From the NCBI GenBank assembly GCA_003522945.1, contig DPHR01000168.1, forward strand, positions 1,224-61,263: a DNA stretch of 60,040 nucleotides, read 5' to 3'. This stretch comes from Clostridiales bacterium. GTDB taxonomy: Bacteria > Bacillota > Clostridia > Oscillospirales > Oscillospiraceae. Position 1 is the stretch's first letter. Each line of letters starts with the position of its first letter. The notes under the pieces are model-generated. The model ran no database searches. It saw only the letters and a list, made by a program, of their open reading frames with translations, and was not told the origin of the DNA. Both the position numbers and the translations under genes were made by a program. Shown here piece after piece: positions 24,079 to 32,966 of this stretch.

Positions 24079-26361
24079 TTGGAGAACAACATTCTGAAAA
24101 AAATATCGCGGCAGATCGTGGATAAGCGCGTGATCATCATGATCGCGTTTCTGGCCGCGTGCGTTTACTGCGCGCTTTCCATCAGCCGCGTGCATGTAAA
24201 TAACGATATAACCTCGTTTCTTCCGCCGGATACCGATACCCGCCGCGGGCTCACAATCATGGAGAACGAGTTCACGACGTATGCAAGCGCCAACGTTATG
24301 CTTGCCAATACGACCTATGAGCGCGCGAGTGCTGCTGCGGAGAAGATCGAGACGCTCGAGCATGTGACCGGCGTGACGTTTGATAATTCTCCGGCGCATT
24401 TTGTGGATTCCGCAGCGCTGCTCACGATCTCCTTTGACGGCACAAGCGACGATGAAAACGTCATTGCGGCGATGAATGAGATCCGTTCGCTCACAGCAGG
24501 CTTTGATACATATACCTCCTCGGACATTGGCGCGGACCTCCTTGGGGAGATCGCGCAGCAGATGGTCGGTGTCGTAGCGCTGGCAGCGGTGGTCATCATG
24601 GCGGTGCTGCTCTTTACGTCGCGCAGCTATTTCGAGGTCGTCATTTTTCTTATCGTCTTTTCTGTTGCGGCGCTGCTCAATATGGGCACAAACTTCTGGC
24701 TGGGCGAGATATCCTCCATCACCAATTCCATTGCCGTTATTTTGCAGCTCGCGCTCGCCATCGACTATGCCATTATTTTCTCCCATCGCTATCAGGATGA
24801 GATCGACCGCTTCCCAACGGAACGCGAGGCGCTGATCGAAGCGCTTTCCAAATCCATCGTTGAAATTTCTTCCTCGAGCCTTACGACGATCTCCGGTCTT
24901 GTTGCGCTGATGCTCATGCAGTTCCGGCTGGGCTATGACCTCGGTCTGGTGCTCTCCAAGGGTATACTTTGCAGCCTTATCACGGTATTTCTTCTGATGC
25001 CGGGACTGATCGCTTCCTTTTTCCGCCCGCTGCGCAGAACGACGCACAAGTCCCATGTGCCGGATATCACCGGCTGGGGACGGTTCCTCATGAAAACACG
25101 CTTCGGCTTTGTCGCGGTGTTTGTTGTTATCCTTCCGCTTGCCATCTGGTGCTCGAGCCGGACGGAATACGCGTTCAACGACGCGGGCATCGACGAACTT
25201 AAGTACTCCGAGAGCCGCGCGGCGGCGCGGAAGATCACCGGCACCTTTGCGAACGACACGACGATCGCCGTGCTCGTTCCGAGCGGAAACTACGAAGCGG
25301 AAAAGCAGTTCCTGCGCGACGCCGCGGAGCTCGACAATGTGAAGACCGTTACCGGGCTTGCGAATATCGAGATCGAGGACGGGAAAGTACTGACAGATTC
25401 TTACACGCCGCGCATGTTCTCCATGCTGCTGAACATCGATTATGAAGAAGCGGAAATGCTCTATGCTGCCTACGGCGTGGAGAACGGGCAGTATCAGCCG
25501 ATCTTCGGCAATACCGAGACCTATTCCGTGCCGCTCATCGATATGTTTCTGTTCCTCTTTGAAAAGATCGATCAGGGCATCGTGACACTCGACGCCGATT
25601 CGCAGGAGACGCTGGACAGCCTCCGCGGCGAGCTGGAACGCGGCGAAGCGCAGCTTCGCGGCGAAAACTGGGACCGTATGGTCATCACGGCGGACGTACC
25701 CATCGAGGGTGACGAGAGCGTCGCGCTCGTAAACGCACTGCGCTCGCTGGCCGACGGACGCTACGGAGAAGGAGCGTGCCTCGTCATCGGCGACGTGACG
25801 AGCGCCAAGGAGCTGGCGGACACCTTCAACGGCGATTCGCTGCTCATCAATCTGCTCACCATCGCCTTTGTTTTCATCATCCTGATTTTTACCTTCCGCT
25901 CCGTTGTGGGTGCGGCGCTCCTCGTGTTCGTCATTCAGGGCAGTATCTGGATCAACTTTACGTTTCCGTACCTGACACATACCCGCGCGTCATTCGTCAC
26001 GAATATGATCGTCTCCGCCATTCAGATGGGGGCGACGATCGACTATGCCATTGTTATCATGAGCCGGTATCTGGATCTCAAAAAGCTCCATACGCCGCAG
26101 GAGGCGATGGCGCAGGCGGTCAACGAGAGCTTTCCGACCGTTATGACCTCCGGCACCATCATGACCGTTGCAGGCATTCTGATCGCATACCGCGTGTCGG
26201 ACGTATACATCGGCCACATCGGTCTCGCCGTTGGCCGCGGCGCGCTTATATCGGTCATCCTTGTTTTGAGCGTTTTGCCGCAGCTCATCGTGCTGCTCGA
26301 CAAGGTCATTGAAAAAACAACATTTCGGAAAAAAACGACGACGGGAGGTGCCGTGGAATGA
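24079..26361 (+). CDS. MMPL/RND-superfamily membrane transporter
   Basis: Probable TTG start at 24079 after a GGGGGA RBS (the ORF is open from 24016). N-terminus ILKKISRQIVDKRVIIMIAFLAACVY...DITSFLP. Two blocks of TM helices are separated by large soluble loops, which is the MMPL topology. Confidence 0.85.
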   Translation: MENNILKKISRQIVDKRVIIMIAFLAACVYCALSISRVHVNNDITSFLPPDTDTRRGLTIMENEFTTYASANVMLANTTYERASAAAEKIETLEHVTGVTFDNSPAHFVDSAALLTISFDGTSDDENVIAAMNEIRSLTAGFDTYTSSDIGADLLGEIAQQMVGVVALAAVVIMAVLLFTSRSYFEVVIFLIVFSVAALLNMGTNFWLGEISSITNSIAVILQLALAIDYAIIFSHRYQDEIDRFPTEREALIEALSKSIVEISSSSLTTISGLVALMLMQFRLGYDLGLVLSKGILCSLITVFLLMPGLIASFFRPLRRTTHKSHVPDITGWGRFLMKTRFGFVAVFVVILPLAIWCSSRTEYAFNDAGIDELKYSESRAAARKITGTFANDTTIAVLVPSGNYEAEKQFLRDAAELDNVKTVTGLANIEIEDGKVLTDSYTPRMFSMLLNIDYEEAEMLYAAYGVENGQYQPIFGNTETYSVPLIDMFLFLFEKIDQGIVTLDADSQETLDSLRGELERGEAQLRGENWDRMVITADVPIEGDESVALVNALRSLADGRYGEGACLVIGDVTSAKELADTFNGDSLLINLLTIAFVFIILIFTFRSVVGAALLVFVIQGSIWINFTFPYLTHTRASFVTNMIVSAIQMGATIDYAIVIMSRYLDLKKLHTPQEAMAQAVNESFPTVMTSGTIMTVAGILIAYRVSDVYIGHIGLAVGRGALISVILVLSVLPQLIVLLDKVIEKTTFRKKTTTGGAVE

Positions 26362-29006
26362 AACGATGGATCGCAGCGCTGCTGAGCGCGGTGCTGCTTC
26401 TTTCCGTGTCCGGCGTGGCACTCGCCGCCGACCCGGATACCGTTGAGATATCCTCTGCCGAGGATCTCGCGGAGCTTTCCGCGCTGTGCACGTCGGACGC
26501 TTGGTCGGAAGGGAAGACGATCGTGCTCGCGCGCGACATCAGTCTCACCGGCTGCGATTTTTCGCCCATCCCGCTGCTGGCCGGAACGTTTGACGGCCGC
26601 GGCCACAGCATACTCGGCATATCCCTTGACGGCGACGCCTCAACACAGGGACTTTTCCGTATGGTGCTGAAAACCGGCGTCGTGAAAAATCTCACGGTCT
26701 CCGGCACCCTCCGCGCGACAGGAAACGGCGAAAACATCGGCGGTATCGCCGGGGTGAACTACGGAGCGATCGAAAATTGCCGCTTTGACGGGGATATTCT
26801 CGCGCAGGCTGCGGCGGGCGGCATCATCGGGCTGAACCAAGAGGGCGCTCTCGTGAGCGAGTGTAAAACTTCCGGCTCCATTTCGGCCTACCACCGCGCC
26901 GGCGGCATCGCGGGCGAGAACCGCGGCGTGCTCAGCGAGTGCGAAAACCGCATGAGCGTTAATACGGATTATATCGCAGTCGAGAAGCCCGACCAGAAAA
27001 AATCGTTTGATATTTCCACGCTTACCCTGAACGAGGAAACCATCATTGATATCACGGATCTCGGCGGTATCGCCGGGCTGAATACCTCCGTTATCAAGTA
27101 CTGCGACAACTACGGCGACGTGGGATACCCCCACACGGGTTATAACGTCGGCGGCATTGCCGGACGCCAGAGCGGCCGCATCCTTGGCTGCACAAACGCC
27201 GGAGAGGTCACCGCACGCAAGGACGTCGGCGGCATCGTCGGGCAGGTGGAGCCGTATACCTCGTGGAACGTTACCGGCACAGGTCTCGGCGAAGTGCAGT
27301 CCCAGCTTTACCGGCTGGAGAGTCTGCTGCGCACTACGCTCGGCGATTTCGGTGATTCGCAGGCCGAAGCCAGTGCGCTGATGCAGCAGATCCTTGAGCT
27401 GCTCGGAAACTGCAGCGATATCATCGGCGGAATGTATCCCGACATTCCGTGGCCGACACCCGGCGGCGACGGCGGCAGCGATACCGGAGATGCCGGCGGG
27501 GGGAGCGACAACGGAGACGCCGGCAACGGCGATGACACCACCGGCGAATGGATCGATCCGGGCAGCGGCTCAATGGACGATCTCTCCGATAATCTTCAGC
27601 AGATCGTACGTCTTCTCGGCCAGATGACGGACGTCTTTACGAGCGACGCCGTGATCGAGGATATGCAGAACGTCCTCTCCCAGCTCATGAACGTCTCTTC
27701 GGCGATCATGAGCATGGCGTACAGTCTCGGCAATGCCTCGGTTCAGCTTGAGGACATTTCTGACACCGACGATGACGATGAAGCGCTCTGCCTCATCGCG
27801 CAGTGTGCCAATACGGCGTCCATCACTGCCGATACGAATGTCGGCGGCATCGCGGGAAACGTGTCGCTCGATATCTCCTTTGACCGAGAGGATCAGCTCA
27901 ACATTTCCTCCACGCTGGTTGGCAGCGGGAAATATGAGATTTTTGCGCGCATTTCGTCCTGCGAAAACAGCGCTTCCGTCGCGGCCTCCAAGTCCTGCGC
28001 CGGCGGTATCGCCGGACGAATGGATTACGGTCTCGCGGTCGGCTGCTCCGCGCTCGGTGAGGTGACAACGGCGGAGGAGTATGCCGGAGGCATCGTCGGA
28101 CACAGCTCTGCCGCCGTGAGGAATTGCCGCGCGCGCGTCAATCTCTCGGGCAAACGGTATGTCGGCGGCATTGCCGGGCTCGGCAAGGACATCTCCTCGT
28201 GCAGCGTCATGCCGCACTTTGAGAATCGCGCGGAGCTCTGCGGCTCCGTGGCGGGCTATGCCGACGGTACGATCGCCGAAAATCTCTATTCCGACTCCAC
28301 GGTCGGCGGTGTGGACGGCTTCAGCTTCACCGGTCAGTCGGACTATATGGACTATGAGGATTTTGCGGCCCTTCCGGACACGCCGGACTTTTTCCGCAGC
28401 ATCGGAGTGACGTTTGTAAAGGACGGCGTGACGGTGGAGACGGTCGAAGTGCCCTTCGGCGGCAGGATCGCCTCGGTCCCCTCGGTCGCGGACGAGGACG
28501 GAATGTACTGGCAGTGGAACGACTTTGATCCCAACGAGGCCGTATACTTCAGCCGGACCGTCGAGGGGGAGTATATCCGGCCGGTCACAACGATCTCGAC
28601 CGGCGAGGACGAGCCGCTGTTCCTTGCGGAGGGCACTTTCCGCGACGGGCAGACGCTGCTTGCTGTGCCCTTTGTGCCGGATGCGGAAACGCTCGGCATC
28701 GATGCGGCGTCCATTCTCGCGGCATACACGGTGCGCGTTTCCGGCTATTCCGAGCCCCTCACCGTGCGCATGCTTACCTCGGCGTCCGGGAGTCTCTATA
28801 CGCTCTCGGAAGGCACGCTCACGCCGCTTTCGTTCACCCGAGACGGCAGCTATATTGTTTTCCGGCTGGACAACGGCGCATCGATCGTGTACCTTGCGCA
28901 GGAAACCTCCCGTACCGGCTGGATCATTGGCGGCATTGCGGGCGGCGCTGCAGCCGCTGCGGCGGTCGTCCTGATCATCGTGCGAAAAAGAAGAAAAAAG
29001 ACTTAA
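26358..29006 (+). CDS. GLUG-motif repeat protein: signal peptide, two beta-helix-like repeat modules, C-terminal TM anchor
   Basis: ATGA overlap with the MMPL stop; signal peptide ending VALAAD. GLUG-type units recur (IGGIAGVNYGAIENC, AGGIIGLNQEGALVSEC, VGGIAGRQSGRILGC and others). There is a central helical plus G/D-rich linker and a C-terminal GWIIGGIAGGAAAAAAVVLIIVRKRRKK anchor. Confidence 0.8.
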   Translation: MKRWIAALLSAVLLLSVSGVALAADPDTVEISSAEDLAELSALCTSDAWSEGKTIVLARDISLTGCDFSPIPLLAGTFDGRGHSILGISLDGDASTQGLFRMVLKTGVVKNLTVSGTLRATGNGENIGGIAGVNYGAIENCRFDGDILAQAAAGGIIGLNQEGALVSECKTSGSISAYHRAGGIAGENRGVLSECENRMSVNTDYIAVEKPDQKKSFDISTLTLNEETIIDITDLGGIAGLNTSVIKYCDNYGDVGYPHTGYNVGGIAGRQSGRILGCTNAGEVTARKDVGGIVGQVEPYTSWNVTGTGLGEVQSQLYRLESLLRTTLGDFGDSQAEASALMQQILELLGNCSDIIGGMYPDIPWPTPGGDGGSDTGDAGGGSDNGDAGNGDDTTGEWIDPGSGSMDDLSDNLQQIVRLLGQMTDVFTSDAVIEDMQNVLSQLMNVSSAIMSMAYSLGNASVQLEDISDTDDDDEALCLIAQCANTASITADTNVGGIAGNVSLDISFDREDQLNISSTLVGSGKYEIFARISSCENSASVAASKSCAGGIAGRMDYGLAVGCSALGEVTTAEEYAGGIVGHSSAAVRNCRARVNLSGKRYVGGIAGLGKDISSCSVMPHFENRAELCGSVAGYADGTIAENLYSDSTVGGVDGFSFTGQSDYMDYEDFAALPDTPDFFRSIGVTFVKDGVTVETVEVPFGGRIASVPSVADEDGMYWQWNDFDPNEAVYFSRTVEGEYIRPVTTISTGEDEPLFLAEGTFRDGQTLLAVPFVPDAETLGIDAASILAAYTVRVSGYSEPLTVRMLTSASGSLYTLSEGTLTPLSFTRDGSYIVFRLDNGASIVYLAQETSRTGWIIGGIAGGAAAAAAVVLIIVRKRRKKT

Positions 29007-29054
29007 CAAGTTCTTGACGAATTCTTTATTTCCCTGTATGCTTTATATGTATTC

Positions 29055-29098
29055 TCTCCGGCGGTACGTCCGCACAATCCGCCGGGGAGACGTATTTT
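29055..29098 (+). terminator. hairpin terminator after the GLUG-protein gene
   Basis: TCTCCGGCGG...CCGCCGGGGAGA stem followed by CGTATTTTGT. Confidence 0.55.
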
Positions 29099-29116
29099 GT
29101 AAAGCAGAAAGGTGAA

Positions 29117-29473
29117 ATGAGAGTGGAATTACTTCATTGGGCGGAGAGTGTATTAAAGTACCTTGTGCAGTTCGGGATCATTCTTCTGGAGGGAACGGGA
29201 GCGGTCATTCTCCTGTTTTCCGGCGCGAAGAGCGTTGTCCGACTTTGTAAAAATCAGCCGCATGCACGGCTCTCCATGGCGCAGGGCATTGCGCTCGCGC
29301 TGTGCTTCAAGCTCGGCGGCGAGGTGCTGCGCACGGTGATCGTACGTGAGTGGAGCGAACTTCTCGTGCTCGGTGCGATCATTTTCCTCCACGCGGCTAT
29401 GAGCATCCTCATCCATTGGGAGATCAAGATGGAGGAGAAGCGCCTGTCCGCCATGAGCGACCTTACCGACTGA
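29117..29473 (+). CDS. DUF1622-like small membrane protein
   Basis: 118 aa with predicted TM helices; the LALCFKLGGEVLRTV segment resembles the DUF1622 core (family recalled from memory, not searched). Confidence 0.65.
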   Translation: MRVELLHWAESVLKYLVQFGIILLEGTGAVILLFSGAKSVVRLCKNQPHARLSMAQGIALALCFKLGGEVLRTVIVREWSELLVLGAIIFLHAAMSILIHWEIKMEEKRLSAMSDLTD

Positions 29474-29485
29474 TACATCAAATTA

Positions 29486-29524
29486 AAGAAGCTTCGTGGT
29501 TATAAAAATCACGAAGCTTTTTTG
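29486..29524 (+). terminator. rho-independent terminator
   Basis: GAAGCTTCGTG/CACGAAGCTTT stem followed by a T-run. Confidence 0.8.
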
Positions 29525-29574
29525 TAGCCTTATTTTTGTGATGCACAAAAGCAGGTCTTTGTCCAAACAAGCTC

Positions 29575-29603
29575 TTGAAAATCTCCGCACTGTCAGGTAA
29601 AAT
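29575..29603 (+). promoter_or_regulatory. sigma-A-like promoter of the repeat-protein gene
   Basis: TTGAAA-N17-TAAAAT, about 65 nt upstream of ATG 29668. Confidence 0.45.
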
Positions 29604-29667
29604 TATGTGTATAAGCACTAAAAGGAATCAAGGCGATCAACCAGAACAAAGAAGGAGGCTTTTGCAC

Positions 29668-31218
29668 ATGAAGGGAAAGAAAATCGTATCAACGCTCCTT
29701 GTGCTGCTTCTTGCCAGCCTGCCCGTGTCGGCGCTGGCGGCGGAGTGGGACATCGGCAAGGGCGACATCACCGTAAACGCCGGAAGCGGCGGGCAGACGG
29801 TCACCCAGGGGTCGCAGGTCGATGTTCCGGACAGCGCCCCCGTCATTACGGGAAGCTCCACGGAAAACACCCTCACCATCAACGCGGAGAAGGATCAGAC
29901 CGCAAATGTCACCCTCTCCGATGTGAACATCGACGTGAGCAGTGAGGGCAAGGCCGCCGTTACCACCACCGGCGAGGGCAATGTCAGCATCGAGCTGAAC
30001 GGCGACAACACGCTCAAGAGCGGTAAGGGTCATGCCGGCCTTGAAAAGAAAAACGGCGGCAAGCTGACCATTGCGGACGAGGACAAAAACGGCAAGCTGA
30101 CCGCCGAGGGCGGCAAATACGGCGCGGGCATAGGCGGCGGCGATCAGGGAGCTGGCAGCGGCATCACCATCACCGGCGGCGAGATCAAGGCCACCGGCGG
30201 CCAATACGGTGCCGGCATCGGCGGCGGCAAGGGAGATGGCAGCGACATCACCATCTCCGGCGGCGAAGTCAATGCCACCGGCGGAACAAGCGGCGCAGGC
30301 ATCGGCGGCGGCTACAATGGAAATGGCAGCGACATCACCATCACCGACGGCGAGGTCAATGCCACCGGTGGCAAGTACGGCGCAGGCATCGGCGGCGGCG
30401 AATACGGCATCGGCAAGGACATTATCATCACCGGTGGCGAGGTCAATGCCACCGGCGGCAGATTCAGCGCAGGCATCGGCGGCGGATCTCGCGGCACTGG
30501 CAGCGACATCACCATCTCCGGCGGCGAGGTCAATGCCAGCGGCGGCGTAAACGGCGCAGGCATCGGCGGCGGTCTGCGGAGTAAAGGAAAAGACATCACC
30601 GTTTCCGGTGACACGAAGCTGAAGGTGCAGGGCGGCGATGAAGACCATTATGACGGAGCGGGAGCAGGCATCGGCGACGGCGGCAGCAATGCGTACGGAA
30701 CCAAGATACTCGGCGCAGAGGTGGAGCCGGATACCTCCGGTCTGACTACGAACGGAAGCATAGCGTATTACGCCCCTGGTGCGGACATGGAGAATGATAA
30801 GCCGACAAGTATCACGTTCGGAACGTCTTCCCAGCCGGAGAAGCCCATCGAGCCCGCCGTGCCTGAGCAGCCAGAGGCGGAGCGCGGCATGGATGCACCC
30901 CTCTACCGCGTGACCGACAAGGACGGCAGGGACATTGTCTACATGGCAGAGCGTAAAGACGGCGTGCTGACCGTCAACGTTGACGAGGACTTCGCCATCC
31001 TCACGGGCAGACTCAGCGGCATCCGCACCCTCAAGGTACAGGGCGTGGAGAAAATCATTTTTGTCACCAAGGGCGCAGCGTCAGTGTTCCTGCTCTCTGA
31101 TCTGTTGGAAAAGGGCGAAAGCGGAGATACCTACAAGCTCACCCACGACGGCAAGTCCGTCACGTTCACGCTCGGCAAAAAAATGACCGACGTGAGCGCC
31201 ATTCTCACCAAGCTGTAA
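29668..31218 (+). CDS. secreted protein with six Gly-rich 28-29-aa repeats (predicted beta-helix), family unassigned
   Basis: ATG 29668 after a GAAGGAGG RBS; signal peptide MKGKKIVSTLLVLLLASLPVSALAAEW. Repeats follow the pattern GGxxGAGIGGGxxGxGSDITISGGEVNAT. No LPXTG motif or TM anchor was seen. The track ORF start at 29575 was rejected. Confidence 0.75.
   Translation: MKGKKIVSTLLVLLLASLPVSALAAEWDIGKGDITVNAGSGGQTVTQGSQVDVPDSAPVITGSSTENTLTINAEKDQTANVTLSDVNIDVSSEGKAAVTTTGEGNVSIELNGDNTLKSGKGHAGLEKKNGGKLTIADEDKNGKLTAEGGKYGAGIGGGDQGAGSGITITGGEIKATGGQYGAGIGGGKGDGSDITISGGEVNATGGTSGAGIGGGYNGNGSDITITDGEVNATGGKYGAGIGGGEYGIGKDIIITGGEVNATGGRFSAGIGGGSRGTGSDITISGGEVNASGGVNGAGIGGGLRSKGKDITVSGDTKLKVQGGDEDHYDGAGAGIGDGGSNAYGTKILGAEVEPDTSGLTTNGSIAYYAPGADMENDKPTSITFGTSSQPEKPIEPAVPEQPEAERGMDAPLYRVTDKDGRDIVYMAERKDGVLTVNVDEDFAILTGRLSGIRTLKVQGVEKIIFVTKGAASVFLLSDLLEKGESGDTYKLTHDGKSVTFTLGKKMTDVSAILTKL
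30109..30627 (+). repeat. in-frame tandem coding repeat, 6 copies, period 87/84 nt
   Basis: Repeat starts read directly at 30109, 30196, 30280, 30367, 30454 and 30541, each beginning GGC GGC / GGT GGC and containing GGCATCGGCGGCGGC. Confidence 0.85.
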
Positions 31219-31290
31219 GCGATATTTCAAAATCCATACAGGCGGGCAGGCACAAGCAGTGTCTGCCCGTCTTGAGCGTTTCAAATATGC

Positions 31291-31327
31291 AAAAACCAGC
31301 ACCTCCTGACGGAGGTGCTGGTTTTTT
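31291..31327. terminator. bidirectional terminator between the repeat-protein gene and tRNA-Leu
   Basis: AAAAACCAGCACCTCC-TGAC-GGAGGTGCTGGTTTTTT, with an A-run on one side and a T-run on the other. A second hairpin lies at 31243-31268. Confidence 0.8.
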
Positions 31328-31411
31328 GGTGCGGGTAACAGGGGTCGAACCTGCACGTCTCACGACACGAGAACCTAAATCTCGCATGTCTGCCAATTCC
31401 ATCATACCCGC
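31327..31411 (-). tRNA. tRNA-Leu (anticodon UAG), encoded CCA
   Basis: The minus strand reads GCGGGTATGATGGAATTGGCAGACATGCGAGATTTAGGTTCTCGTGTCGTGAGACGTGCAGGTTCGACCCCTGTTACCCGCACCA. It has a 7-bp acceptor stem, anticodon loop TTTAGGT, a long variable arm and a GTTCGA T-loop. Confidence 0.93.
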
Positions 31412-31424
31412 TTATAGCTTTTTG

Positions 31425-31453
31425 ATGATAGCATACGGCGGCGGGTAAGTCAA
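31425..31453 (-). promoter_or_regulatory. sigma-A promoter of tRNA-Leu
   Basis: The minus strand reads TTGACT-N17-TATCAT with TGC just upstream (extended -10 like), 13 nt before the mature 5' end. Confidence 0.55.
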
Positions 31454-31537
31454 ACCCGGTTTTGAAAAATACCGCCGCTTTGCCCTGCGGCGGCGAGAAG
31501 AACAATTCAAAATAATTCGCACCATGGCCGCATAGTC

Positions 31538-32428
31538 ATGCAGGGAAGGGAGGCGGTAACCATCTCTGCCTTGGATAATTCCTTGTGGCTGCTGCCGGGG
31601 GAGCTTCGGAATACGCTGCGTCATCTGCCGGAGAATTCAGCCTCAGAAGTTCGTGAAATTCGGCTCCGCCGCGGAAGGCTTCCGGCGATAACTCTGCCGG
31701 ACGGAGAACATCGGCTTCTTGATGCGTCCGCTGTAACGGCGGCCGATCTCGCCCGCGTTCTGGAGCTTGCGAGCGGCGCATCCCCCTATGCGGCGTCGGA
31801 TTGTCTGCGCCGCGGTTTCATTACGGCGGAGGGCGGTGTCCGTGTTGGATTCTGCGGGCGGTTTCCGGGCGGCGAGCGCGGCCTTTGGAATCGGGACGAT
31901 CTCTTTTCCGTGTGTATCCGTATTCCGCGAGAAGTAAAAGGAATCGGGAAGAGATTCTGCGCACGTCCGTTTCCCTGCACATTGATCCTCTCCCCGCCGG
32001 GCGGCGGGAAAACAACGCTGCTGCGTGATATGGTGCGGACGCTCTCCGATGGGGGAATGCGTGTCGGTCTTTGCGACGAGCGCGGAGAGATCGCAGCGCT
32101 GTCTGCCAGCAGCTGCGGATTCGATATCGGAGAGCGGACGGACGTGCTGTCTGACTGCCCAAAGGCGCGCGCGGCCATGATTCTTCTGCGCTGCATGTCG
32201 CCGGAGCTCATCGCAATGGATGAGATATCCGAGCCGGAGGACGCCGTTGCCTGCCGCAGCGCGGCATACTGCGGCGTATCGCTCCTCGCCACGGCGCATG
32301 CCGCGGACGCCGAAGAACTATCCCGCCGAGACGTTTATCAGAGACTGCTGTGCGACAAGGTGTTTTTCCGCGCTATCGTTATCCGCTGTGCCGATGGCTG
32401 CCGGAGCTATGAGGAGGTTATGCTGTGA
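31538..32428 (+). CDS. spoIIIAA: stage III sporulation protein AA (AAA+ ATPase)
   Basis: Walker A SPPGGGKTTLLRD; first gene of a spoIIIA-ordered cluster. The start codon is uncertain because ATG 31538 has no SD sequence. Confidence 0.86.
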   Translation: MQGREAVTISALDNSLWLLPGELRNTLRHLPENSASEVREIRLRRGRLPAITLPDGEHRLLDASAVTAADLARVLELASGASPYAASDCLRRGFITAEGGVRVGFCGRFPGGERGLWNRDDLFSVCIRIPREVKGIGKRFCARPFPCTLILSPPGGGKTTLLRDMVRTLSDGGMRVGLCDERGEIAALSASSCGFDIGERTDVLSDCPKARAAMILLRCMSPELIAMDEISEPEDAVACRSAAYCGVSLLATAHAADAEELSRRDVYQRLLCDKVFFRAIVIRCADGCRSYEEVML

Positions 32429-32913
32429 TATCCGCATTTGGGGCGATCCTGCTCATCGCGGCGGGAGGTTACGCCGGTTTCTCCGCGCTGGAACACCTGC
32501 GGACGGCCCTCCGAAGTGCCGAAACGATCCTCGACGCATCACGCGATATGCGAACGGAAATACTCTGTCACCGGACACCCCTTCCGCAGCTGCTGGAGCG
32601 ACTGGGGACGCGGTATCCGCGCCTTTTCCCGGATGCAGAAAACGCTTCCATGCTCGTTCGGGAGTTCTCGTTTCTCTCGGTCTGGACGGCGAGTATTCGC
32701 TGTGCCGCGCTGCCCAAACCGCTGGAAGAGCCGCTTCTTCGGCTGGGGGCGCAGCTCTGCTCCGGCATGGAGCCGGAGCAGGCGCTCGATGCGTTGGACG
32801 CTTCGGTCCGGCTCGTGCGCGATGCGCTGCGCGAAAAGGACCGTGCCGCTGTTCGGCTTTATCCCTCGCTGGGCCTTGCCGCGGGCTGTCTTCTTGCCGT
32901 TCTGCTTCTTTAG
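32425..32913 (+). CDS. spoIIIAB: stage III sporulation protein AB
   Basis: GTG start overlapping the spoIIIAA stop (GTGA); N-terminal TM helix; 162 aa; position after AA. Confidence 0.78.
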   Translation: MISAFGAILLIAAGGYAGFSALEHLRTALRSAETILDASRDMRTEILCHRTPLPQLLERLGTRYPRLFPDAENASMLVREFSFLSVWTASIRCAALPKPLEEPLLRLGAQLCSGMEPEQALDALDASVRLVRDALREKDRAAVRLYPSLGLAAGCLLAVLLL

Positions 32914-32966
32914 TCTTTACATTTCAGCGGCTTTGTGGCAAACTGTCGGCGGGTGAGAATAGAAAT

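Noticed and set aside
29014-29042. Promoter-like TTGACG-N17-TATGCT located between the GLUG gene stop and its putative terminator hairpin.
   Set aside because: Its position upstream of the hairpin and U-tract makes it either a chance match or a promoter with an immediate leader terminator for the DUF1622 gene. The evidence is too weak to call either way.
30109-30627. A regular ~87-nt periodic repeat that could suggest a CRISPR-like array.
   Set aside because: The repeats are contiguous with no unique spacers, lie in-frame inside a signal-peptide-bearing ORF, and encode a conserved Gly-rich peptide unit.
31462-31494. Terminator-like hairpin CCGCCGC-N8-GCGGCGG with an adjacent A-run, which would give a U-run on the minus strand. 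It lies upstream of the tRNA-Leu promoter.
   Set aside because: No minus-strand gene lies upstream for it to terminate. It may simply be part of the spoIIIAA leader or promoter region. I cannot decide without transcript data.
31454-31537. Sigma-E-like AAATAAT-N14-CATAGTCA immediately upstream of the spoIIIAA ATG.
   Set aside because: The -10 element would end only about 3 nt before ATG 31538, so the promoter and the annotated start cannot both be right. The alternative in-frame starts (ATC 31562, TTG 31571) are poor. I left this unresolved rather than calling a promoter.
32220-32966. A 5' extension making the HAD gene a 510-aa ORF that overlaps spoIIIAA/AB. Similar extensions exist at 33671 (spoIIIAC), 34070 (spoIIIAE), 4496 (rnc), 11508 (nadD), 20962 (ligA), 42942 (cobW-like) and 51966 (beta-propeller).
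   Set aside because: The extensions overlap upstream genes in another frame, have shadow-like composition, and internal ATG or GTG codons with proper RBS coincide with the family N-termini.
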